From positions 18,985 to 82,984 of the forward strand of contig JAHFHF010000005.1 in the NCBI GenBank assembly GCA_023247055.1: 64,000 bases of DNA, read 5' to 3'. Every line of letters starts with the position of its first letter. Within the stretch, counting starts at the first letter, position 1. Below, one piece after another: positions 1-12,000 of the stretch. Source of the DNA: Candidatus Omnitrophota bacterium. Lineage in GTDB: Bacteria > Omnitrophota > Omnitrophia > Omnitrophales > Aquincolibacteriaceae. The position numbers and the translations under genes are program-made. Under the pieces are notes generated by a model. It saw nothing but the letters and a program-made list of their open reading frames with translations, was not told the DNA's origin and did no database searches.

Positions 1-3000
1 TATGTGCTGCTGGCGTTGCAACAGCGTTTTCCCGATCAATTCCCTCAGGCCGCAGCCGAAAAGCTGAGCGGATTCTTTCAGAGCTATCAACAGCAAACCC
101 CCAGCCGTCCTGCGAAAAAGGGAGACATCATCGCCTTCGGTGCTTTTGAAAGTCCGCAGCAATTTCAAGATTATATCGATTTCAAAGATGAACTTTTGTT
201 TGCGGTCGTCCCGGCGCCGGGAAATTGGCGGTTTCAGGATCACGCCTATGAATTTATGGCCCAGCGCAACAAGGGCCGGATGGAGATGACCTTCTATCGC
301 GGAGATGGAACAATCGATGAAAATAGAACGGCAGATGACAAACTGCTCGAGAGCGGACTGCTGACAAAAGGAAATATTATTTTTGTGCTGCGCGGAACCC
401 CAAATGGGATTTCAATGCCGCCTATTTTTCCTCGAGTCGCCGGCCGGATGGGACACACCCACCCTCCGGACACTGTTATTCCAGGGGAAAGCGAAAATGA
501 TTCGCTGACCTATCTTGCGAATCATCAGGAACTAGGTATTACCAGGCGTAACTTGCTTTCTGCCCGCTCCGAAGTGCGGCACACGCCGGATGAAATAGGC
601 GCAAAGATGGCTGAAGCGAGGCGATTGATTGCGGGCAATCAAATTCAGCAGGCAGAAGATACTTTGCTGGAGCTTTTTGAAAGTTCGCGCCAGGAGTGGG
701 ATGCCCGGCAGACGTATAAGGATGAAACTGCAAAAACGGAAGTTAAGGGAGATGTAGGAGATTTGCTTCATTTGGCGGAGTTAGCGCTTGCCGCGGCCGT
801 GGCATTGGAGGATTCTGAAACGCCAAAAGCCAAGAAACGTGCGTGGAACCCTTTTCATTCTTTCGAATATTTTTATTTAATAGCACGCTCTCCGGAAGTT
901 GTGCCCTTTTTGCGAGAAAATCATGCTGCTTTCCAACAGATGGGGCTTTATGCGGGGTCGTATATTTCGAAAATGAATGAGTTGCAAAATCAGGAAACGC
1001 AATCCCGGCAATATGGGGGGGAGCCGCCGGAAAAATTATTGCAAAATTCTAATCTTGTAAGCCCCCATTTTTTTGCATTAGCTAAAAATGTTTCAAGGCG
1101 ATTGCACGGCGAATTGACATTTGAAAACGGAGAGAACCCCTTTAGGGGTTTGCTGCGCTTAAATGGAGAGTTCAGCGGCACCACTGCCCATTTTCCGGAC
1201 CATCAAGCGCTCGAGTTTTTGATTTCCCATGCTTCCATCCTGCTGGAACTGAGTGCTCCTGCGCTTGCGGGCTATTTGCAGTATTTGGCGCATTATATAG
1301 CCAAGACTATGCAGACAGACGGGTATTACGAAACCGAAATCAATCGAGGAAATGAAGACCTGCCGCGGATTCAGGTTTACAGGAATCCTTTAGCCAGCTT
1401 AAGTATTCTTCAAGGGCTGTTTTCTATCCAAAATGATTCCCAGGATCAGAAAACAAACAGGGCGATAAACTATCTTCGCATCATGTCGCTATACGTCTCG
1501 TTGGACCAGCCGGATTCAATCCTGCAAGTTCTCGATGAAGTTCTTCCTGAATTATCTAAAGTGGAGAAGAAGGATCGGGATGTATTTGCATACACCCTTC
1601 TTAGAATTTACAGATCGAATTTGACGGAAAACCAAAAAGCAGAAGCCGTCCGCCGGGCGGGCTCGTCTTTTCACGTCAAAAAGATAATCGGGGATATCAG
1701 CAATGAACAGGCGCTTGAAATTTTAAACCGTTTAGCACGCCTGGATGCCCAGTCCGCATTGCCGCGCATGATTCCTGAAACCACGCCCGAATTTTACAGC
1801 CGTCATGCGGAATTATTGACGGCTTTTGAAGGCCTGCCGGCAGCGGAGCAGGATGCCCTCGCGAATTTTTTATACGAAGAATTTGCCGACCGAAATTTAA
1901 CAGAAGCCTCTCTCAAAGCGCTGCTTAGCCCCCAGGCGGTTTCTTTTTATGCCAGGCATGGCCGGCAATCCGAACTTCTGGTTTCTTTTATCGCGCGTTT
2001 CCCCGGCCAGTTAGAGGCCATTACCCGGGAAGGCAGTGAGTTTGTGGCTTTAATGCTGCAGTTAATCCAGTTAGATCCTAAATTTTCAAAAGGATATATT
2101 AGTTTTCTGCATTATTCGGAACAAAGCGAATATCTTCAAACAACAGAGGTTTTGGAAAGATGGATTCAGCTTGTTAAAAAAGAGCCCAAAGGGGCAGAGC
2201 AGGTCTTTGCCCTTTTGCGGAAACGGCCGGAACTGGCGCCTGCCATTTTATTTGGGGGCATTTCGGAAAGTTTGATGCAAATGAAGCCGGATGTCCGGGC
2301 AAGTTATGTGGATGCCGCGGGCAACAGATCGGCGGAAACTTCCGCAGAATGGGTGGCCCCTGCCATTGCCGAAATCGCTGCGGTATTAAAAGGCCGCGCG
2401 GAGGCGGAAGCATTCAACAAGAGGTTTACACAAGACGAGGCCTTTCGGACATTAACGCTGGATGAAGCAATGCGCGCGCCGCTCATTGAAAATTTGGCGC
2501 GCCAGCCAGTCGCGACCCAAGCATCCTATCTTAGAAATGTCACGCCAGACATTTTACAGGATCCTGCCATGGCCGATTTTCAGGTGCGTCTCGACGCCAT
2601 TGAAGACGCGGAGTTGAAAGGGGAAATCCTGGAAGCCATCTCGAAAAACAAAGTTTTCAGAGACTATCTGATGCAGGGGGGCCTGGGTTTTCTGATAGAG
2701 TTGATTCAGAGCAGCCCCGACGCGAACGAAGGTCTAAATCGGGCTCAAGGCTATGTCCTCATTCTGCGCTACGATTCTTCCGGTGCTCTTACCGTCGCCG
2801 ATTATCAAAGTATTCAAGGAAAATACGGTGGGCTCCTGACGGATGCGGAGGTACCCTTATCCTTTTCTGCCGAAATCCTAAGGCTTGCAAGGAACCAGCC
2901 TGCCTTAATAGGTCACATCGATTTGACCCTGCTGAGAGAACTTCACAATCAATTGGGCGAACTTTTCGATGATTTTATTAACATTGCCTGTGAGGATCCG

Positions 3001-6000
3001 CCGGTTTTAACGGAGATGCATTTTCATAGCATGCTTCGCAGTCTTCGTGCAGATTCAAGCATCGCGGGGGATAGATGGCTTGCCGCCGCAAAACCCAATT
3101 ACCGGAACCGGCACCGTTTTGCCTTACAGCTTCTAGAGCCGCCTAAAAACCGCTTTCCGACAAGCGCGCAGATGGCGGATTTGCTCCTTGCCCTCCGCCG
3201 CAGTGACAATGCCGGCGGGGTCGATTTTTTTGAGCGTCACCAAGCTGCTGTCAAACAAATTCACCCGCAGATTTTACAAAGATTAGGCCGCATGCAGCAG
3301 CCCCCCCAAGAAATTTTTGATGCGGCTGCGCTTGAGACGCTGGCTCAATTTTCTAATCCGGCCGCAGCTCAACTTTTACTGGAAGAAATAAATTATTTAG
3401 CCTACGCATTAAAGCAAGGGAAGATCGATGCTTCAACTGCCGCTGCCATGAGAAATAAAATAACAGCATTGATTCAGAACCCGGCTGTTTTGAATGCCGA
3501 CGAGAAAAAAATAGATCTGATCAAGCAATGGCTGCAACAAGCCCGTGAGCACGCGCAAGTGCACGCTATGGGACTGCACTTTATTTTCAATCTTGAATTC
3601 GATGCGGATGTTATGAAGGAACTGCTTAAAGGGTGGCGAGGCGAAAAATTCTACCTCGATTTGTTTGACGAGACGGTTTTGACGATGCTGCAGAATGCGA
3701 AAACAGAATTTGGAAGCGGTTTAACCGATTCGATTTTAGCGGCTGCGAGTGGTGAGCGCGACGTTACTTACCTTAAAACGGCGGATTATTACCGAAATAT
3801 CCGGCAGAAAATTCTGTTTTTGTTCGCAGCAGACGGGTTTAAACAATTTCCTGCCAGGGCCACCAACGATGCTGCCTTGAAATTAATACGTATCGATCCG
3901 GAGACCTTGAAAGCTTCGCTGCAGAATTTAAAGGCGTGGCTTGGAAACGAAGTGATCGATGCTCAATTGGCGCAGGGACAATTTCAGGTTTTAAATCAGT
4001 GGGTTGCTTTTGAAAGTCAAATGACCCAAGCGGGGCATGGAACTGATCTAAAAGATCATTTGACCCGCGCTCCGCCAGAACTCGATCGTTCGGAATATTT
4101 TACGGTTCTTAGCGGCTTGCATCTGGAACTTGTAGGGATGTTGATCAATCTCGACAAAGACAAGGCGCCGGAGGATAAAAAAATCGAGAGAAATTGGCAA
4201 GAGAATCTTGCGGCTTTGAAGACCCTCGATGAACTCTACCGTGGATTACTTGCTTTAAAACAAGGCCAGACAGCCGTGGATCATGCAATTGCTCATCAAT
4301 TCGTGCAGCGTCTGTTGAAAACCGGAGAAAGGGGGCTGGTGAAGGAAGCCCAGTTATTTGTCCGGGGGTTGAAAGCGGGCGTTGTTCCCGTGGCGCTTGT
4401 CAGCGCTTTCCTTGCCCGGGCTGCGGCTACGGGAAATAATGAATTTACCAAGCGAGTCCATATTTTGAAAGTTTTGGGTGAACTGCTTCAAATCCACTCA
4501 AGTATTACGAAAGTAAAAGCCTTGGAAGGCGTATCTGCGAAAATTGTTCAAATTGTTAATTTGTTTTTAAAAGCAGAAAAAGCTGAAATCGGGCAAGTCC
4601 GCCGTTTGCATCAAAAATTGCTTGCGCGGCTTTTAAGCGCGGTGACTGGAGAGAATAAAATCTCTGAACCGGCTGCATCCGCGCTTTCAAAAGACCTTTC
4701 TTTGCTGCCTAAAATCCTGACAATTATTACCCTTTACTATTCGCTTGAAAAGCATGGGCAGGGGCGCATCCAAGACCTGAAGGATCACCTGCAGACCCAG
4801 CTCAGGGAATTTATCTTGACGGGAGACCGGGCGCGCATCCGCAAAGCCATTCTCAAAACGGAAGCCAATCAGATTATTATGAAAAAATTAACCGAAAGCG
4901 GCTACGATTTACGTCTTTTAGAAGAAGGTTTTGAAATCGAGGCTGTGGCCGCATCCTGGGACGAAAAAGAAAAAGAAGACGAAGTGAAGGCGACAATCCG
5001 GCAGTTGTCGCACGATATTATCGAAATTGCGGCCCGGCTGGGTTTCCAACAGCAGGTCGAAGGGGCTGCTGCTGTCAGCCAGTTTGATCATGCGTCCGAT
5101 GCGCAGGACTTTGTAACGGCTATGGCACAGCAGTTTCCCAACAATCCGGCGCTGGTTCAGGCCGATATCGTTGTGGCGCAGATGCGCGAGGTCGAAGAAC
5201 GGGCTCAAAAAGAGATCCGCGCCAAACGCAGTGAAAAAATCCGCGTCGTGGTGCGCAAAGATTTTCTGGATGAGGCTTCTGCCGGCGGGTATGACTATCT
5301 TGGCAGTACCGTGCCCGGCTGTTTTAGCCCGAATGGGGCGCATCAGGAAAGGCCGCCCCAGACTTCGGCCGATGCCGGCGGTACTTTCGCCATTGCTTAT
5401 GACGAAGCCGGAAGAATGATTGCCAATGTCGACCTAGCCTTTACGGATAAAGGCGTAGTGGTCTATACCGCTTACAGCAGCCGCGCCGATCTTAATTTGG
5501 ATCCGGTTTGGTTTAAAGTTTGGCAAGTTTTATCGAAACTGGCTCCGGCCGTTATCCTGGATCCCGCGCATCGATCTGCAGGCGTCAAGGAAGCTTCCAA
5601 ACAAAACCAGCCTGAAAAAAATGTAACGGCTGAAAAATTAGGATCCCAGGGATCAATGTATTTCGATTTCGGCCGGTCCGACGCCGCCGGAAAACTCTCT
5701 TACGCTTTTTCGGAAGCTATCGTTCTCAGAAGCGCGCAATTTCCTGAGGTTCAATCGCCCTTTTTGGATTCCAAGGAAGCTTTACCCGCGTCAACAGCAT
5801 CCGCCGCACAAACAGGCAAAAAAGAGGATGCTCGTGAGACAGTTCAACCCGTAGAGAAGTTAGATCCTAAAAAGTTAAACGACGAAGAACAAAGAAAAGT
5901 TAAAAAAGAACTCTTCGATTTGGGTTTAAAGGACATTGATTTTGCCCCGATTTTAAGAAACTTGAATGAGATTATTTTAACCCCGGGATTTGACCTTGCC

Positions 6001-9000
6001 AGATTGCTTTCGGAACTCAAGACACGGCCTGCAAGCCGGGGTGCACAGCCCGGCATTCCCACGCAAAATGATTTAGAGGCTTTGAAGCGAAAAATTCTTG
6101 AATTGCAAGCCGAACACCGCATCCCTAGAGGATTTGAGGAATTTGCCGAGATCGTCCAACGCGAAGCGCCGAGACTCAGGAGTTTACGCGGCAATGCAAG
6201 GCAAGAGGAATTATTGAGAATTCTTCAAAATACTCTTTCTGAAACAAGAGGCGTTGATTTGTCGCGCCGTCCCAGCCGGGAAGTGGGAGCCATTCCATCG
6301 AGATTTATAGAAAATGCCCAATTGCAAATCGAGTCCCAGGCGGCGGAAGCGCTCACGAGCAGGCTGGATGAAGCCCGAGGTTTATTGGGAGCAGCTTCAC
6401 CCCAAGAAGAAGAACAAGATTTGATCGAGATTCTTTTTGGCGAGTATATCCCTCAAGCGTCTGAGGTCGTTCTATCGGGGGAATTAATCATGGAGAACGG
6501 ACAAGCCCGGCTTGAAATAAAACAGCCGGGTGAAACCTTGGCAATTCTTGATCAGAACCGGGTACCCCAGGGGCAGCGGACTCTGCAGTTTGAGATTTAT
6601 GTGCGACAGGGAAATCTCCATATGGAAATCGTGGACCTCGTTGCTTCAGACTCATCCGAAGCCTTGCGATTTTATGCCAACTTTGCGCAATGGGCCCAAT
6701 TTGTTTCCAACCACTTGCAGGTGCCGCTGGTCATTGAGCATGAAACCGCTATTTTTTCAGGGCGGGCTTCCCGTTTCGGATTTCACCAAATCAAACAAGC
6801 GCAGAGCCTCATTAAAGATAATTGGATTAAAAAAATTCAGCCCTTATTGGCGGAACTCGGAATCCCCGGAGAAAATTTTGCAACCCACGGCGTCAATCTT
6901 GATAACTTTCGATACTACGAAGGAATCATTACGCCCCGGCCGCTTACAGGCCGCTCCGAAGTGCGGACGGCGCCAGAGCATGCCGCTCGAGCTCTGCTTC
7001 ATCAAACGAAAATCGAAACGCGTCAAAGGCATGAATCAAGCCGGCGGGCTTTTTTGACCGCTTTAGGCGCGGCAGCCGCCGGAGTTTTTATAGCCGGCGA
7101 TCATTTTTCCCCCAAAGAAAAGATGAATCCGTGGCGTATTGCTGTGGAGCCTGAAATTTCCATAGATCCGAATGTGCTCGTGGAGAATCAGCAAGCTGCG
7201 GCCGTTCAAAAAATACAGCAGTGGCGAAATGACCTTCAGCGGGAATTAAAAGAGGTGAACACAGATCCTGAAACGAAAGAAATTGCCGGTGAATTGGCCA
7301 GGATTCTTGGGCAAACGGCTGTCGTTTATCGAGACCAGGATTATCCGGAGTCTGAGCCGACGCGCATCATTGTCGATCACCGGGCCATGCAGGGCAGAGC
7401 GCAATTTTATATCAGCGTGATTCATGAGGCCTTGCATCATTACTACAATAGAAACCAAATGCTGTTGCCTGAGACGGAAATGGTGAGTGGATTTCAAACC
7501 GCGCACGATCTTGAATTTTATCTTTGGCCCGGGGAAGAGGGCTGGGTGATCAAACAAACTAATGTTTTATCCGCCGCGCTTGGGATATTCCCGGAGTTTT
7601 TAAAAGCGTCCAATGCGGATGAAATTCTTTATTTTAACGGAGACTGGCTGACTTTGCCTGCGATTGCCGAGCGCATTCAAGGCGGCCATGAAGTCGCTGA
7701 ACGTGCGGCATTGCTTGTCAAATTTCTGCCTTTAATAGCACAGGGCCAGGAACTTTTCTTTTTGAACCAAGCATCGCAGAAAAACCGGCAGGCAGCCGAG
7801 CAGCTTCTTGTGGACATCTTGCCAAAAAATAGTGCGTTAGATCCAATCATACGGGCGGCATTAGAACCCGCCTTGAAATTAAACGCATGGCTGAAACAAA
7901 ACGGAGCTTTGTCCTACCCCCGCCGTTCGGAAATGCGGGGAGCGGCGCCAGAAGATGAATCTATAGCAGAGACAGCGGCGGCTTCTGTTTTTCAGGATTT
8001 CATTAGCGGCAGATCCGGCGGAAAAATAAGCGGCCGCGACCGCCAGCGGGATTTACGGCTATTGAGACTTGTCGGGACAAGAGTGCTCGCAGCGATGCCC
8101 AGCAGTGTGGATTCGAAAGATAAAAGCGTTTTACTTAATAATTTTTTGTCGCGCATTGCCATGGATATGGTGTCTCCGGAAGCGATACGCCGTTATCTCG
8201 GCGAGTTAAGTTATGTGCTGGCTCAGGCAGAGACGCGTCTGGGGTCTGGAGATGCCGGAAAGAAAGTCATCAATGAAATCATGAAGGCCCAGGGAAGGCT
8301 TCTCCCGTTTATTCAAAATGAAAATTCCGACGGCCAGCGATTTTATACACCCGAACCGTATCGAGGCATTGAAAATTTTCGCCGGTTTTTTGATTTTGTT
8401 TTCGAGGGATGGGATAAAACCGGCACTGGGCGTAAAGGTTATGCGGCCAACGGCAGTGTCCTGATTCACTTCGCCTTGGAAACAGCCCGCGAAAAGGGTT
8501 TTTCGACACGGCAGCTTGAGACCAGAGGATGGCGTCAGCTGCTTCCATTTCTGAGGCTTAACCAAATTAATTTTGGCGGGCAAGTTTATCGTCTTGGCAA
8601 AGCCGAAATTTTAAACGGAGCGGTTACCACGGAATTTGCGGAAGGAAGAAATTTTATTTTTAGGGCCGACCTTGAAGACGCCGCAGGCGTAGCCCAAAAA
8701 CAAATTTTAGTCAAATTGGGCGTAAAGAATCCAGAATTTGATGAGGTCGTCACTGAAATGGCGCGTACGATGGGGCTAAAAACCTATGCCGTTGAGCGAT
8801 TTGATGCGGGGGAGGAAGCCGATAAAGACGGATTCCATCCGATCGCGCTTCAATTGATCGAGTTTGTGCCGTCGCAAATTGTTTTTGCTCAAGGGCAGGA
8901 TGGGGATGGAAGAAAAATTTCGTATCCAAATTTATCACCGCTTAAAACCTTGGAGGCTGGCGCCAAGACACAAGCGCTTGAAGAACTCGGAGAGCATCTG

Positions 9001-12000
9001 GCGCTGGATTATCTTTTTGGCGGACGTGATTCAATGATGAAACATTTTCTCCTTACGCGGGAGGGCCGGTTCATTAAAATTGACAACGAATTTTTGTTCG
9101 AATACAGTGCCACTCCGCAATACCCGAGATTGGCGGGAACCTTGGAAGCGCAAAGTGATTTTTGGGATTTTTTGGCCGCGCTGAAAGAAGGGCCGCCGAT
9201 GGAAGGCTGGGATAGCGAGGCTGCAATCAGACACGGTTTTGACCGGGTTCTGACAAAGATTGCTTTTAACGACGGCGGCGCCAAAGAACGGCTTTTTAAA
9301 ATTATAGAGACACGCAGAACGTCAGCGCAGCAGGATAGTCTTAGTCTGGATGCCATTAAACGAGGCATTGAGCAGCGTGCGGGCCACAGTTACGAATTTT
9401 TGAAGTCTATTGCAAAATCTGCCCGCTCCGAAATGCGGAGCATACCGCGCATACCCATACCGGACGCCGTCCGCGGGGAGACGTCAGACTCATCAACCTC
9501 TCCCCGCGGACGGCGTCCCGTTACGCGTCGGACTTTTCTGGGGCTTGGGATGTGGGGTGGGGTTTTACTTACCAGCTTTTCAGTGGCTAAATACTTCGGT
9601 TCGGAAACAGAACGGCAGAAAAAAATTCGTGAGTCCCGCCAACGGCGTGAAAAACAGGAAAAAATTCCTTCCAAAACTCCGTGGGACAAATTCCCGTTGG
9701 ACGATGTGAAACGTTCAGACACGGAGAAAATCCGTCAGTCGCTACAGGTTACCCTCGATTGGCTTATCCAGACGGGCTACGGCGAGGCGGATATTCTTGA
9801 CGAATACGCCGGTTACCTAGCCCAAGCCAGGCCGGGTGAGGGCCTGTATCATTCGCTTATGTCAAAAAGCTTTCACCTCAAAAAAGGCATTGAAATTGAA
9901 TTTAATGAGCGGCACCTCCTGGAACTGATCCGGCAGGTTAAAAATTCCGAATCCCTGGATCTTTTTGTCGTGACGCTGGCTGCAATGATAATGCGGGAAT
10001 CCCTCGGATTGCAAATTATGATGCATGCTCAAAAACCACTGGAAGAAATCGCGAAGGGAACCGAAAAACTGGAACTGGCGCGAAGAAAAAGAATGCCGGC
10101 AGATGAAATGAATATGTACAGTCAGCCTTTGCGCGAATTTCTTAGCCAAAATGAAAATGAAATCGACCGGCTGCTGGCTCTTTCCTTCGCTTTTGAATAT
10201 CTAGAAGCGGAAGCGGAATGGAATTTTTACGCAGCGGCCTCAGCCCGGAATGATTTTTCCGTGCAGGGCGCCAACGAAGCGCTGAACACAGTTAACGCCC
10301 GGGCTTTGGCGCTGGCAGATCGATTGAGAGTAAGTGCTGATTCGGCATCCCTGTTGATGGAAACACAGGGAGACGATTTCCTTATTTTTCGAAGCCAGCT
10401 GGCTGGAATGACGGTTGAAAAGTATCAACTTCTTAAACAAGGGGAGCTGGCGCGTAAGCGAAAAGAGTTACCCGAAGCGAATTTTTTATTAGTGAATTAC
10501 GGAACTTTTATGGAAGTAAACCGGTTTCAGCCTGCCGAAGAACCAGGCAAACAGGTAGGCCTTAGCCCAGCCATCATAGGAAGTATGGAGCGCAGGGAGT
10601 GGCCAGATTTTGACGGGTTCACGCCCTATGCTAAACGATTGTGGCCTCAGTTCCATACAGCCGTAGCTCAATTGCGCAAGGACCTTCCGTTCGCGCATGC
10701 GCTTTTCGAAGCGCAAAAAAAGGACTTGCTCCGCAGAATGAAGCGCTTGGGTAGCGACTTGAAGCCGCTGCTAGATCGTAAGTCGCGGCCTGAAGCCCCT
10801 CTTTTCGACGGCGGGGCCAAGGCCGGCAATGCTGCCTCCGTCCGTTCTGAGATGCAATTTGTTACGCCAGACTCATCAACCTCTCCCCCCGGACGGCGTC
10901 CCGTTACAACAGATGAAATCTTGAAAACCATTATTTCCAAAGCCCGCTCTGAGATCCGGAAAACGCTGATTTTTGCGGCGGTTGTTTCAGGGGGCGCCTT
11001 GCTCGCGGCTGTGGGCTATCTGAAATGGCCGAGCATTCAACGCTGGTTTGAAAGCCGCAAGAGTCCGGAAGAACCGTCAAGCGGCCGGCGCGATTTCCTG
11101 AAGCAGGCTTTAGCGGCCGCCAGTGCTGCGGCATTAAAACCATCACGAGGGCTGTTAGGAGTTTTGAGCCCGGCGTTAAAGCCGGAGTTTACCATCAAGA
11201 CTGCCATGGGGCAGGTCGCACAAGAGGAAGCGGTGTCATGGATAAAAATAGTGACAGGCATCGAGACAACGCCTTCCGTTTTACCGCCTATCTTGTCACC
11301 TAATAAATCGGTTGTTGAATTTGTGAAAGCCATTGAAGTAGAGCCTATTTCATCCTGGGAAAACCTTGTACCGCCGGGTTATGAGCATTTGCTCGGCCCA
11401 TCGCTTGGAGGTATGTCCGATCTGCGTACGGTTATGATCAACGAATTCATCGGCCGTTTGGCCGAAAAAAAATTGTCTAATGGCCGTTCCCCGCTGGAAA
11501 ACTTTGGGATTTACGAGCCCCTTGGAAGTGGGCGGCGCACTTACACCGTTGCAGGAGAAACTTATACTGACTATGGGCTAACTTTCGAATTGCGTGATAT
11601 TGCAGATTTAATTAAGCAGCATTTGCCCGACGGATTTGAAGATGCGGCATGGACCGATGCGGCGCTGGATCGCGCTGTCAGTCATTTTGCACAGGCGCTG
11701 ACAACCAATCCCGCATTGCAAAATCAAGTTCGAAAATTTCGCCAGGTTAAAACTCAAGAGCGAAGCCGAAAACTTCAGCAGCGCCGTGATGGTGAAGAAA
11801 ATCTGGTGATGCTCAAAAAACAACTTGCCGTCGCAGAGCGCTCACGCCGCGATTTTGCGAATGGCGTTGGTTTCGACGGTATGCGTGATTTCCGTACCGA
11901 CATAGATGAACTGGATGACCGAATCAAAAAGTTGACAGATCAAATCCGGTGGGAAGAGACCTATGTTCTGACGCTCAAAACCGCTCTTTCTGCCCGCTCC

